A stretch of 63,107 bases of DNA, filler included, from Octopus bimaculoides (Eukaryota): assembly GCF_001194135.2 (NCBI RefSeq). It is 5 parts of 5 records of this genome, joined end to end, with 100 filler letters (N's around TTAATTAATTAA, not from the genome) between each part and the next. Parts side by side here need not be neighbours in the genome. Positions count along the whole stretch, not along the records: positions 1 to 29,442 come from NC_068982.1; 4 more parts are not named here. The stretch is one strand, 5' to 3'. Shown one piece after another: positions 12,404 through 25,206 of this stretch. Under the pieces are notes generated by a model. That model saw only the letters and a list, made by a program, of their open reading frames with translations. It was not told where the DNA came from and made no database searches. The position numbers and the translations under genes were made by a program. Within the stretch, counting starts at the first letter, position 1; every line of letters starts with the position of its first letter.

Positions 12404-12660
12404 TCACTGTTTCTCTGTCTGTCTGTGTCTCTGTCTGTCTGTGTCTCTGTCTGTCTGTGTCTCTGTCTGTCTGTGTCTCTGTCTGTCTGTGTCTCTGTCT
12501 GTCTGTGTCTCTGTCTGTCTGTGTCTCTGTCTGTCTGTGTCTCTGTCTGTCTGTGTCTCTGTCTGTCTGTGTCTCTGTCTGTCTGTGTCTCTGTCTGTCT
12601 GTGTCTCTGTCTGTCTGTGTCTCTGTCTGTCTGTGTCTCTGTCTGTCTGTGTCTCTGTCT
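12404..12660. repeat. 16-bp tandem repeat (CTCTGTCTGTCTGTGT) x~15
   Basis: Direct; no spacers. Confidence 0.97.
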
Positions 12661-13124
12661 TCTCTCTCTTTCTCCCATCTGTATAACCGTTCTTCAGTAT
12701 TGAAAACTGTTCTTCAGTATTCAATGAACTTAGCCCTGCATAATGTTTTCTGGTGATTTTTGTTTGTTCAAGGACTTCAATGTTTGTTACTTCATCTATA
12801 TACGATCTCTTCAGCACTCGTCCAAGGGACCACGTATCTATAGCATAAATAAGCTTCTTTGCACATGTTTGTTGATGTTCAAATTCACAGAACTGTCTGT
12901 AATAATGACTTCTATGTATGTCTCTAGAACTCTTTTCCCTGTAGTGAATGATGGCCCTTTATTTGACAGTAATATATCTGATATTATCAAAAGCAGCTCT
13001 GAGCTGTCCAATCATTGACGGAATACCTTTATTGTTTTTCTAATCTGATGTAATGATTGTTAACACTGACAATAAATCACTATTAATTTGACATGAACTG
13101 GTGACACTATTAATTTGACATGAA

Positions 13125-13230
13125 CTGCGTGGCACCTTGGGCAAGTGTCTTCTACTATAGCCTCGGGCCGATCAAAGCCTTGTGAGTGAATTTGGTAGAC
13201 GGTAACTGAAAGAAGCCTGTCTTATGTATG

Positions 13231-13274
<44 letters not shown>

Positions 13275-13465
13275 TTGCCCCCACCATCGCTTGACAACCG
13301 ATGCTGGTGTGTTTACGTCCCCGTAACTTAGCGGTTCGGCAAAAGTGACCGATAGAATAAGTACTAGGCATCCAAAGAATAAGTCCTGGGGTCGATTTGC
13401 TCGACTAAAGGCGGTGCTCCAGCATGGCCGCAGTCAAATAACTGAAACAAGTAAAAGAGTAAAGA
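13125..13465 (+). mobile_element. SINE type D (internal (TG)n), 5'-truncated
   Basis: GTGGCACCTTGGGCAAGTGTCTTCTACTATAGCC..GCGGTGCTCCAGCATGGCCGCAGTCAAATAACTGAAACAAG; many homologues in the window. Confidence 0.92.
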
Positions 13466-13659
13466 GTAAAGAGAGTCTAGTCATGTGAATGAGATCCTAT
13501 AAATGTTCATATATAACACAACTGTCAGTGTGCAGCCAATATCCCAATCCCGATACTTTCGTATATTATTTATAACTGACATTAATTACTTTCACCCACT
13601 ACCGTCTTAGGACGCGTGTGTATTGTATAGTTTCTCAGGGGCCTCACAAGCCCAGAGAC

Positions 13660-13945
13660 CCAATTCTGATCTATATCTACTGTGGCTTGCTGTCAGTAAA
13701 TAAATACTATAGAGCTCACTGTATTGATTTGTCTGCAGTTCTCTCAGGCCTAGGCACTTAATTCCTGATCTATCCATGCTGTGGCTTGTTGTCAATAAAG
13801 ACATATTACAGGGTCCAATGCGTTGATTTGCCCGCGGGTCTCTCTGACCTCTCAAGCTTAGGGGCCCAATTCTGATTTATCCATGTTGTGGCTTGCCGCC
13901 AATGAATAAATGCTACTGGGCCCGGTACATTGATTTGTCCGGGAG
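13660..13945. repeat. Degenerate ~105-bp tandem repeat x3
   Basis: CCAATTCTGAT.TATCCATG.TGTGGCTTG..G.CA.T.AATAAAT..TA..G.G..C..T..ATTGATTTG.C recurs near 13660, 13760 and 13867. Confidence 0.8.
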
Positions 13946-14851
13946 CCTATACTGCTACTAAGACGATTCAGCCTCCACCATCTACATATGAAGAGCACTT
14001 TGAATTCCGTAAAACAACAACAAAATAAACTCATATATATTCACATCATAAATTCTCTTTTACATGCATACACACTTCTCCATGAGGTGTTTAATACTTT
14101 TGCTACCATACTTTTCTTGGAATACGCTGTTTTTATTTCATTACTTCTTTTAATTTATAGTTTTAGAAAATAAATTTATCGTTATTAAGCTCATATTTAC
14201 CATAAATTAACTCGGAATTTTGATGGGAAGTTTTAATTTAGATAGTTTTAAATATGAAGTTAATATCACAGAACCAGGGGTGGTGTAGGATAGCGAAGTG
14301 GGACGATTGGGCACAGCTGTTTGGACGCTGGCAATTTGGCACGGTTGACTGGAGACTCAACCTGTTTTGGCGACAGTTAAGCAAAGAAAACACGCATTAG
14401 AACGTCGGAAGAATGCTTTGTGGTATTTCTTTTAGCCCTTTTAATTCTGAGTTCAAATCCTGCCGAGATCAACTTTATCGTTCACCTTTCCGGTGAGTCG
14501 ATAAAATAACATACCAGTTGGTATCGGCTAACCGCTTTCCTTGAAAACTGATGGTTTGCCCCTAATTTAGAAACCACCATTACCCTCCTCCTCCTACNNN
14601 NNNNNNNNNNNNNNNNNNNNNNNNNNNNNNNNNNNNNNNNNNNNNNNNNNNNNNNNNNNNNNNNNNNNNNNNNNNNNNNNNNNNNNNNNNNNNNNNNNNN
14701 NNNNNNNNNNNNNNNNNNNNNNNNNNNNNNNNNNNNNNNNNNNNNNNNNNNNNNNNNNNNNNNNNNNNNNNNNNNNNNNNNNNNNNNNNNNNNNNNNNNN
14801 NNNNNNNNNNNNNNNNNNNNNNNNNNNNCCTCCCCTCCTCCTCCCCATCAT

Positions 14852-14883
<32 letters not shown>

Positions 14884-14889
14884 CCGTCG

Positions 14890-15170
14890 TCGTTGTAGTG
14901 CAGAGACAGTGGATTAGCAATATTGTGACCGAGGAAGTCATTGGGGGATAAAATGAAGAATGTGGGAGGTACGGTGAAGCCCCTAAAGTACACCATAATA
15001 GATGAAATGTAAATCGTGACGCATACACTTTTCCACAAGATGATTGAGAAATGGAACCCTTAGGCGACAGCTTGCTTTCAAGATTTACATTCCTAACAAG
15101 ATTGCAAGCTTTGTTGATGTCAAGAGTAACACTATTGTCCTCACCGAAATACTCAATGTAGGAAATCATT
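14890..15170 (-). pseudogene. Decayed reverse-transcriptase fragment of a non-LTR retrotransposon
   Basis: FGEDNSVTLDINKACNLV..NLESKL resembles G...ALDISKAFDRV..LLxKL. GVL*GFTVPPTFFILSPNDFL..NPLSLHYND resembles GVPQGSVLSPTLF...INDL...YADD. Confidence 0.75.
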
Positions 15171-15423
15171 ATTAAGAAAGGAAAGAAACTTAAATTGACA
15201 CCAAATGGGTGGAGTTATTTATGATTGCTTCCATCAGTCTTCTGATGATAGGCGCAAGCATAGTTGTGTAATTGGCTTCCGCAGGTGGCTGCGGAGGTCA
15301 TGGGGGAAAATTATTTCTACAGGGTGATGGATTTCTTTACTAAGGAAGAATATAATATTATCATTTATGGGACCCCGGCTTGCGACAGCAGGCTTGCTTG
15401 CAGGCGGCAACAGACTTAATCGG

Positions 15424-15650
15424 CCAGTTGGCAGAAACGTTAGCACGCCGGGCGAAATGCTTAGCGGTATTTCGTCTGCCATTACGTTCTGAGTTCAAAT
15501 TCCGCCGAGGTCGACTTTGCCTTTCATCCTTTCAGGGTCGATAAATTAAGTACCAGTTACGCACTGGGTCGATGTTATCGACTTAATCCCTTTGTCTGTC
15601 CTTGTTTGTCCCCTCTATGTTTAGCCTCTTGTGGGCAATAAAGAAATAAG
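15424..15650 (+). mobile_element. Full-length SINE type C
   Basis: B-box GAGTTCAAATTCC. 12-bp TSD AGACTTAATCGG at 15412-15423 and 15651-15662. Confidence 0.95.
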
Positions 15651-15934
15651 AGACTTAATCGGGGAGGCAGAGTAAGCGGTCTTAGCGCCTCGATTTGAGC
15701 TTGGAGATTGGTAAGAGGCTCAGCGCCTTAATTTGTAATTATTGTAAGAGGTTCAACACCTCGTTTGTGTTTTTTAAAAAAAGAACAATGTTATCGGGAA
15801 GTAACAATCGGCAGGCGTTGGCTGCTTCCCCCACCAACCATCTCTTTTTCATTCCATCATCATCATTGTGTCTGTGTCCAGCCCGCAAAGCTTCATCAAT
15901 GACTTTATGGCAAATGTAATGAGATAAAGAAGCC

Positions 15935-16325
15935 TCTTCCCAACCACATGGTTCCAGGTTCAGTCCCACTACGTATAACCTTGCGTAAGTGTCTTCTACT
16001 ATAGCGTCAGGCCGACTAAAGCCTTGTGAGTGGATTTGGTTGACGGAAACTGAAAGAAGCCTCTAAGATATATATGCGCGCACGTGCGTGTAAGTGTGTG
16101 TCTTTGCGTCTGTGTTCGTTTCCCCACAACTGCTTGACAACTGGTATTGGTATGTTTACGTCCCGATAACTTAGCGATTCGGCAAAAGATAGAATAAGCA
16201 TGAGATGAAATAAGTACCAGGCTTTAAAAATTTACGTGAGTACTCGGGTCGATTCATTCGACTAAAAGTTCTTCAAGGCGTTACTCCAGCTTGGCCGCAG
16301 TCCAATGACTGAAACAAATAAAAGA
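15935..16325 (+). mobile_element. SINE type D, diverged
   Basis: Homology to 13125-13465 and 24485-24935. Confidence 0.85.
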
Positions 16326-16649
16326 GAACAGAAAAAAGGTAAGAGATAGAAGTAGCGACAATTCAGTAGCAGGCAGGAATGCAGGACTGTTGTGTTCTAT
16401 ACAGAAAGGGTTAACGTGAAAGAGAAGGAGTCAACCCAAAAGCTCCTTAATTGAAAATAATACAGGAAACCCCCATCATGATTGGCCGCTTTGTTGGGTT
16501 GGTTGATGGGAAAAGTTTTTCCCATCGCATTTGCATTGAACTTACTGAGTGTAATGAGCTCAAAAAGTGATGAATTACATAGATGTTCTCAGGGCAGCAT
16601 GAAGTATAACGAGAAATTTCGAAGACCGGTTAATGACAGGTGATAAACT

Positions 16650-16703
16650 TAGAGGTCTGAAGAAGCGGGACAGTTTTTGTCAGCGAAATACCAAGTCTTT
16701 CTA
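16650..16703 (+). ncRNA. Hammerhead-like motif, degenerate
   Basis: CTGAAGA-A-GC(GG)GACA-GTTTT-TGTC(A)GC-GAAA-TACCAAGTC-TTTCTA. Core boxes and stem II are present; stems I and III are imperfect. Followed by (TA)n. Confidence 0.45.
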
Positions 16704-16706
16704 GTT

Positions 16707-16743
<37 letters not shown>

Positions 16744-17910
16744 NNNNNNNNNNNNNNNNNNNNNNNNNNNNNNNNNNNNNNNNNNNNNNNNNNNNNNNNN
16801 NNNNNNNNNNNNNNNNNNNNNNNNNNNNNNNNNNNNNNNNNNNNNNNNNNNNNNNNNNNNNNNNNNNNNNNNNNNNNNNNNNNNNNNNNNNNNNNNNNNN
16901 NNNNNNNNNNNNNNNNNNNNNNNNNNNNNNNNNNNNNNNNNNNNNNNNNNNNNNNNNNNNNNNNNNNNNNNNNNNNNNNNNNNNNNNNNNNNNNNNNNNN
17001 NNNNNNNNNNNNNNNNNNNNNNNNNNNNNNNNNNNNNNNNNNNNNNNNNNNNNNNNNNNNNNNNNNNNNNNNNNNNNNNNNNNNNNNNNNNNNNNNNNNN
17101 NNNNNNNNNNNNNNNNNNNNNNNNNNNNNNNNNNNNNNNNNNNNNNNNNNNNNNNNNNNNNNNNNNNNNNNNNNNNNNNNNNNNNNNNNNNNNNNNNNNN
17201 NNNNNNNNNNNNNNNNNNNNNNNNNNNNNNNNNNNNNNNNNNNNNNNNNNNNNNNNNNNNNNNNNNNNNNNNNNNNNNNNNNNNNNNNNNNNNNNNNNNN
17301 NNNNNNNNNNNNNNNNNNNNNNNNNNNNNNNNNNNNNNNNNNNNNNNNNNNNNNNNNNNNNNNNNNNNNNNNNNNNNNNNNNNNNNNNNNNNNNNNNNNN
17401 NNNNNNNNNNNNNNNNNNNNNNNNNNNNNNNNNNNNNNNNNNNNNNNNNNNNNNNNNNNNNNNNNNNNNNNNNNNNNNNNNNNNNNNNNNNNNNNNNNNN
17501 NNNNNNNNNNNTCACATATATATGTGAAATATATATATGGGAGGGGGGGGGGGCACAAAGGCCATAGAAACCGGGAAACCGGGCCCATGAGCCTGGTTAG
17601 GCTTTAAAATGGCGCATAAATAAAATAATAATATACTCGTGAGAGAAGCAAAATGTGGGAGAATAGATTCTTTACAGGTGCAGACATCACCTTCCAGAAA
17701 TAAACTGCAATAATAACGAATGTAGTCGAGAGAGTAGATGTATGTTAAGGGTAGAGGAGTATTGATTTGTCTCAAAGACGTTTAAAATGTGTGGTTCGCA
17801 TGTTTGTAGAAGTGGTATGTTACATCAAGGGTGAACTGATATAAGAGGGATGGACGGATATTGGCGAAATGAGATTTTTCCAGTGGATTGTGTTGTTGCT
17901 ATTACTGACA

Positions 17911-17947
<37 letters not shown>

Positions 17948-18971
17948 TGTGTGTGTGTGTGTATGTGTGTGTGTGTGTTTGTGTGTTTAACTGTTTGAAG
18001 AAGGTAAGGCAACTACTGTTTAAATATTTATAGTCTAATTAGCAAATCAGGTATTTCGAAAGATTTTACAGCAGAATAAAGATAGTAAGGTGAATGGACA
18101 CACACGCACACACACACACACACACACGCTCACACATATACACACATACATATATATACATACAGACACATGCCCCCCCCCACACACACATGCACACATA
18201 TACACACAAACACACATATACATACATATATATAATACAGACACATGCTCACAAGCACACGCACACACACACACACGCACACACACACACACGCACACAC
18301 ACACACACGCTTACATATATATACATACAGACACATGCCTCCCCNNNNNNNNNNNNNNNNNNNNNNNNNNNNNNNNNNNNNNNNNNNNNNNNNNNNNNNN
18401 NNNNNNNNNNNNNNNNNNNNNNNNNNNNNNNNNNNNNNNNNNNNNNNNNNNNNNNNNNNNNNNNNNNNNNNNNNNNNNNNNNNNNNNNNNNNNNNNNNNN
18501 NNNNNNNNNNNNNNNNNNNNNNNNNNNNNNNNNNNNNNNNNNNNNNNNNNNNNNNNNNNNNNNNNNNNNNNNNNNNNNNNNNNNNNNNNNNNNNNNNNNN
18601 NNNNNNNNNNNNNNNNNNNNNNNNNNNNNNNNNNNNNNNNNNNNNNNNNNNNNNNNNNNNNNNNNNNNNNNNNNNNNNNNNNNNNNNNNNNNNNNNNNNN
18701 NNNNNNNNNNNNNNNNNNNNNNNNNNNNNNNNNNNNNNNNNNNNNNNNNNNNNNNNNNNNNNNNNNNNNNNNNNNNNNNNNNNNNNNNNNNNNNNNNNNN
18801 NNNNNNNNNNNNNNNNNNNNNNNNNNNNNNNNNNNNNNNNNNNNNNNNNNNNNNNNNNNNNNNNNNNNNNNNNNNNNNNNNNNNNNNNNNNNNNNNNNNN
18901 NNNNNNNNNNNNNNNNNNNNNNNNNNNNNNNNNNNNNNNNNNNNNNNNNNNNNNNNNNNNNNNNNNNNNNN

Positions 18972-19272
18972 AGAGTTAGGGTTAGGGTTAGGGTTAGGGT
19001 TAAAGCAAATTTAAAATGAAAAAAGCAAATAAAACGAAGAATCGCTTGTTTATGTAGTCGGCACTTAATGTATATCGGCTGAATGGACGTCAGTGATTGG
19101 TTGAAATTATCGAAATAAGACAATTTTTTACATGAAATAAATTCGAATACAAAAATATTTTTGTGTTCTATAACACAAAATAGATAAGTATACGAAGTTT
19201 GAAAGTCTTTCGGTACCAAAAGCACTACGTAAAACATTAATGAAAAATGTGGCCCCCGTTTTAAAAAAGATC
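18972..19272. mobile_element. GATCC-terminated element with a (TTAGGG)n tract
   Basis: GTTAGGGTTAGGGTTAGGGTTAGGGTTA at the gap edge (18974-19001), then the conserved family body ending TTTTAAAAAAGATCC. Confidence 0.75.
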
Positions 19273-20358
19273 CCATGTGTGTGTGTGTGTAACACAATAC
19301 TCGCTCTGCTCCAACATAAAACAATATTTCCTTAATAATGGTTTATTTGATTTTGATTATCATTATCTTCTTTCTAAGCAACCGCAACATAACTAAAACA
19401 TGTTTGATCATGTTTTGCTGTTTAAGTTGAACTAATGCTATTACGTATTCATTTAATATAAATGTTTTTAACTCGCTTCAGTTTTTCACGTTTCCTTCAT
19501 GAAAAAAAAAAATTATCTTCTTTGGGACAACAATAGTGTGCCATCTCATAAATTGATAGAAAATTAATTAACGATGCTATTAAATTAAGTTTCTATGTGG
19601 GGGAGTGAAAGAAGATATGAATTATGACCGTTTCTGTTTTTTTATTGACGGATTGTATGACTGCATATATAGTTATTAAATAGCCGAGTCAGCGGTGTAC
19701 GAAGTAGGAGTCTAAAGGGATAAATAGAATAGGTCGTTATGGACGCAGGCATGGCTGTATTGTAAAGATTACTTATTAACCTGGTGGTTCAGTCCCACTG
19801 CACGAGACTTCGAGCCTTCTACTATAGCCCCGGGCCGCAATTTTTTTTTTCCCCACCAGAGTTCCGGATCCCAATAATGAATTCATTTGCGTACAGCCAA
19901 TCAGAGCTCACCTTTACCTTGTTGTCAAGTTAACAAACACACTTTACCAAGTAAACTCAGGACGATGAACGGTGTAAGTCGACATATCAAGTTATGCCTG
20001 ATTTTAGGAGACAAGTAATTAGATAGGTTTGCTTCTCTACCTATTATCGGATTTTGTTAGGGCCCCATATGGTAAAGATGTGGATGGGAAAAACTGTGGA
20101 TAGAGGGTGGTGTTCTAGCAACCCTCTCCCCTTACTGTCTTACAAAGTAAACAACAACACAAATAATTACGCAGAGGCAGCCATAGTTGAAACAAGAACA
20201 AGAACAACAAGCATTCTTAAAAGAGAAAAGAAACAAGGTCATTCCTTACCCAAGTGACCTTATCTTATCGCCATCCCATATGCGCGCACGCCGACCGGTG
20301 CCTTAGAAACGAACCTGAAAGACGGAAACTGCATGGAAGTCCGGTGTATATATATATA

Positions 20359-20478
20359 TGTACTAGATATATAGTATTTAGTATAGCGAAGGGTATTCTA
20401 TCCAGAGAAATTAGCGGGAGGACTGAATAATACGATATGAATGCCCCTCACTATACTGAATTGTATATATCTAGTACA
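20359..20478. mobile_element. 120-bp MITE-like element with ~40-bp imperfect terminal inverted repeats
   Basis: Left TGTACTAGATATATAGTATTTAGTATAGCGAAGGGTATTC; right end reverse-complemented TGTACTAGATATATACAATTCAGTATAGTGAGGGGCATTC. Confidence 0.8.
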
Positions 20479-21259
20479 AAGCTCTTACCTGTCTATTTTT
20501 CTCTCACCTGAATGTATTTTTTATTCCTCCTCTCAGTATTTGCACAACTTTGGAACTGCTAGCATTCATTTTCCTTCACTATGGAGTGCTGCATAACCGT
20601 TCTTTCCTTCCTTTCACCATGGTGCACTACCTAAACATCCTTTCTGCTCATGGATTTACCAACAGAATACCCGATCTAACTGGATTTAATTGAACCCATT
20701 CCACCCTCCTGAACATAATGGACCACAATAAATATCATTGATAAAGAACTTTCTCCCACTGTCTAACACATATCTCTCAGATGTCAGAATACCCAAATTA
20801 CAAAGTCTTCGCTAGATACAATGCTCCGATAGCTGGGATATCCCAGAAACAACTGTCAGAGACTATTTTTTACTATTTTTTACCATTCGTTATGTAGTTA
20901 AATTAGACCGAATTGAATTAAATTAAATGTCCTTGTCATATTTTGCCTAATTGTTTGCCTTCCCTCACTATTTTAACCTACACCTACCGACTCAAAGGGA
21001 AGCCACCTTTAGCCGTTGTGAACAAGGCAATCACATAACCACAATTTCAACTGCTGTTCAAACTGGAATTTTGGTGGTGCACCTTTTTAAGCACTCCGGA
21101 CACATACCTTTTAGTTTGAGTCATCCAGACGAAAACACCCCATATCCTTTATATGTATGTATGTATGTATGTATGTAGATTTGTATGTCTTGTTTTATGT
21201 ATGTCTTCTCTTGCATATACTTGCATATCTAGACATTCTCATATATACTTAAATGATAA

Positions 21260-21672
21260 ACTTTTGGAAAGTTTTACAGATTTTTACAGTTCCAGTAATA
21301 ACTTGGATCTGCAGTCTTCGAATCAGCTTTCTCCTTTCTGGTTTTGAGAAGCCTAATTTCTAAAGACTGGTATTCAGGCAATGTGCTACATATTCCAAAG
21401 CCCCAGTAATCACAGACGTAAATCTCAACTTGTACTCTGGATAGAGTAACAGCAGATTTACATGTGACCGCGTGTGTATCGTTTGCGATTTTCTTTCTCC
21501 GTCTTCCCTTCTTTGGACTTTTTCTATATTTCTGATGAAGAGCTCTGCTCGAAACCTGAAATTCTCTTTCCTTTCCTTTCCTTTCCTTTCCTTTCCTAAG
21601 CGTCCAATAACACAGTACTTGTTCCACGTACTCGCGTTGTTGTTTTTTCTTGCTTGTTCTTGTTTAGATTGA
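21260..21672 (+). mobile_element. Penelope-like element terminal region
   Basis: Contains the hammerhead-like motif at 21528, a (TTTCC)n tract, and ends at (TA)n. The family assignment is inference from the hammerhead and architecture. Confidence 0.5.
21528..21562 (+). ncRNA. Minimal type-I hammerhead motif, cleavage triplet mutated
   Basis: ATTT-CTGATGA-A-GAGC-TCT-GCTC-GAAAC-CTG-AAAT. Stem I ATTT/AAAT and stem II GAGC/GCTC; no valid NUH. Confidence 0.6.
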
Positions 21673-22514
21673 ATATATATATANNNNNNNNNNNNNNNNN
21701 NNNNNNNNNNNNNNNNNNNNNNNNNNNNNNNNNNNNNNNNNNNNNNNNNNNNNNNNNNNNNNNNNNNNNNNNNNNNNNNNNNNNNNNNNNNNNNNNNNNN
21801 NNNNNNNNNNNNNNNNNNNNNNNNNNNNNNNNNNNNNNNNNNNNNNNNNNNNNNNNNNNNNNNNNNNNNNNNNNNNNNNNNNNNNNNNNNNNNNNNNNNN
21901 NNNNNNNNNNNNNNNNNNNNNNNNNNNNNNNNNNNNNNNNNNNNNNNNNNNNNNNNNNNNNNNNNNNNNNNNNNNNNNNNNNNNNNNNNNNNNNNNNNNN
22001 NNNNNNNNNNNNNNNNNNNNNNNNNNNNNNNNNNNNNNNNNNNNNNNNNNNNNNNNNNNNNNNNNNNNNNNNNNNNNNNNNNNNNNNNNNNNNNNNNNNN
22101 NNNNNNNNNNNNNNNNNNNNNNNNNNNNNNNNNNNNNNNNNNNNNNNNNNNNNNNNNNNNNNNNNNNNNNNNNNNNNNNNNNNNNNNNNNNNNNNNNNNN
22201 NNNNNNNNNNNNNNNNNNNNNNNNNNNNNNNNNNNNNNNNNNNNNNNNNNNNNNNNNNNNNNNNNNNNNNNNNNNNNNNNNNNNNNNNNNNNNNNNNNNN
22301 NNNNNNNNNNNNNNNNNNNNNNNNNNNNNNNNNNNNNNNNNNNNNNNNNNNNNNNNNNNNNNNNNNNNNNNNNNNNNNNNNNNNNNNNNNNNNNNNNNNN
22401 NNNNNNNNNNNNNNNNNNNNNNNNNNNNNNNNNNNNNNNNNNNNNNNNNACACACACATACACACTTACGTACGTACGTACGTATGTATGTATGTATGTA
22501 TGTATGTATGTATG

Positions 22515-22563
<49 letters not shown>

Positions 22564-22984
22564 GTGTGTTTGTCCCCTACCACTCGAGAGTCAATGTTGG
22601 TTTGTTTACGTCTTCGTAAATTAGCAGTTTGGAAAAATAAATCTATTAAATAAGTATCAAATTTGAAATGAGTGCCGCGGCCATTTTGTTCGATTAACTT
22701 TTCCAAGTTGTACTCCAGAGTATCTACAGTTCAATTGCCGAAACAAGTAAAATATTAAAACAGTAAATTGTAATTTAGTAGACTCTTATTGAATACAGCC
22801 TGGTGTGTATTTGAATACACCCTGATACTTACTTAATCAGGCCTGGAAAAATGAATGCTAGACGGCCTCTAAGAAAGTTTGTTGTTAAATGAAAATATAC
22901 TGAAACATTTCATCCTATACGTAATTGCTTCTCCTACTCTGTTACTTTTCATTCAGTGACAGCTCTCCAGCAAGGTGAAGAGCC

Positions 22985-23190
22985 AGCAAACTCGTTAGCA
23001 CGCCGGGAAAAAATGCTTAGCTGTATTTCGCTCGTCTTTACGTTCTGATTTCAAATTCCGCCAAGGTCAACTTTGCCTTTCAGCCTTTCGGAGGTCGATG
23101 AAATAGGTACCAGTTGAACTTTAGAGTCGATGTAATCGACTAAACTCCTCCTCTTAAACTGCTGGCCTTGTGCCAAAATTTGAAATCAAT
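22985..23190 (+). mobile_element. SINE type C
   Basis: Homology to 15424-15650. Confidence 0.85.
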
Positions 23191-23677
23191 ATGACAGTTC
23201 TCTTTACAGAATCTGGTGCTTGCATGTCAAGACATTGCTTATTTAAAGCGATTAGTTTTAGCTTTTAGACTGACCATCTTTTATATATCGTGTACCGTTA
23301 GTATTACGACATCTATTTTATTTACGTACGCACATCGAGTTACGCTTGATTTCCTTCCACTTATAATCCTACCATTTAAAATAAGCTGATCGTGTGACAA
23401 ACTACATTTCCCTAGCAGCTGAATATTCAACCGAAAGGACGTCTAATCTTATCCCACTGACATCACTCAAACACTTTTCACGTGCAGGGCAGCTCCTACG
23501 TGTAATGGGGATAACTCCGCCTTCTTAAAACAAAATGTAAAATCAGAAAGTATTTCCAAGTGCCGCTCCCCCGTATAAAATTATAGTTACCTCTTCCTAG
23601 ATATAAGGTAAAAGCTGGAAGGAATTTTCTTGTTTGTGTACTTAATTGAGAACAATATTACTCTAACCTTAATTGCT

Positions 23678-24001
23678 GAGACCCCCTTCGGTCATGACTG
23701 ACCATGGGATTGCACCTAGAGGCACAAGTCCGGGCAAGGTTGTTTATGGAAGACCAGCAGTCGCCCATGCATACCAGCCTCCCCTCTCCACGCCACCGGA
23801 GTTATCCAAGGGAAAGGCAAATGGGCCGATACAGCTTGGCACCTGTGATGTCGCAACTCATTTCTACAGCTGAGTGAACTGGAGTAACGTGAAATAAAGT
23901 GTCTTGCTCAAGAATTCAACACGCAGCCCAGTCCGGGATTCGAATTCACAACCTCACAATCGTAAGCTCGACGCTCCAACCACTGAGCCATGCGCCTTCA
24001 C
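23678..24001 (-). mobile_element. tRNA-derived SINE (B-like head + different tail Y)
   Basis: Minus head TGAAGGCGCATGGCTCAGTGG..GAATTCGAATCCCGG and central TTGAGCAAGACACTTTATTTCACG shared with 1163. The tail ..CATGACCGAAGGGGGTCTC is not seen in the other SINEs. Confidence 0.85.
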
Positions 24002-24024
24002 TAATTATTACATGAAATAATCAT

Positions 24025-24305
24025 AAAGCACACGACTTAGCGATTAGGGGTATTCGGCTCACCTTCTTAAAGTCTTGAGTTCGAAACCCGGTGGTGCGTT
24101 GTGTCCTTCAGCAAGACATTTCGCGTTGTTCTAGTCCACTCAGCTGGTAAAAATGAGTAGTATCTGTCACATTGTGTGTCACACTGAATCTCCCTGTGTA
24201 CATTAAGGGTACGCAGGTCTGTGGAATGCACAGCCACTTGCGCGTTAAATTCACGAGCAGGTTACACTGTTGATCGAATCAGCTGGAACACTCGTCGTAG
24301 TAAAT
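24025..24305 (+). mobile_element. SINE head B + tail X, diverged
   Basis: Homology to 1163-1478. Confidence 0.8.
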
Positions 24306-24484
24306 GACAGACAGCCTGGCCGATTATATTTACATTTAGTATTTAATTGAAAATAAAGTTCTCTTTAGTAATGATGCAGTCTTGTTAAAATACTAAATAT
24401 ATGAAAGTGTAAAATTTAATATTCACTTTAATTGACTTTATTTTACTGCAAGAAATGGTTTTTCTTTCGTTTTTATACAAAGAT

Positions 24485-24694
24485 AGGCGCAGGGGTGGCT
24501 GTGTGGTAAGTAACTTGCTTACCAACCACATGGTTTCGGGTTCAGTCCCACTGCGTGGCACCTTGGACAAGTGTCTTCTACTATAGCCTCGGACCGACCA
24601 AAGCCTTGTGTGTGGATTTGGTCGATGGAAACTGAAAGAAGCCCGTCGTATNNNNNNNNNNNNNNNNNNNNNNNNNNNNNNNNNNNNNNNNNNN

Positions 24695-24740
<46 letters not shown>

Positions 24741-24935
24741 TGTGTTTGTCCCCCAACATCGTTTGACAACCGATGCTGGTGTGTTTACGTCCCCGTAACT
24801 TAGCGGTTCGGCAAAAAGAGACCGATAGAATAAGTACTGGGCTTACAAAGAATAAGTCCTAAGGTCGATTTGCTCGACTACAAAGGCGGTGCTCCAGCAT
24901 GGCCGCAGTCAAATGACTGAAACAAGTAAAAGCAT
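24485..24935 (+). mobile_element. Full-length SINE type D
   Basis: Head AGGCGCAGGGGTGGCTGTGTGGTAAG, internal (TG)n and conserved 3' tail. Confidence 0.92.
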
Positions 24936-25151
24936 AAAAGAAAAGAATACACTCAATTCAGTCCTTTCCGAGTTGTTTAAGCAACTTGTCTTGTCACTGA
25001 AGGATCAATGGTGTCGTATGATAGTGGGAGCGTATCAAAGAGATTGTCATGCCAGACATAATCGAAGGCCGTGAAACTTGCATGTGTGATGACATTACAA
25101 AGGCGTGACAGAACACTAGTCTGTGACATGGAAAAACTTATCTCCAGTACA

Positions 25152-25206
<55 letters not shown>

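Noticed and set aside
12404-12660. Regular 16-bp repeat suggesting a CRISPR array
   Set aside because: No unique spacers, no cas genes, eukaryotic context.
16649-17607. Long ORFs in the track spanning N gaps (and all similar X-filled ORFs)
   Set aside because: They are open only because N codons contain no stops.
18974-19001. True chromosome end or fusion site
   Set aside because: Only about four units are visible next to a gap, attached to a dispersed element body seen elsewhere in the window.
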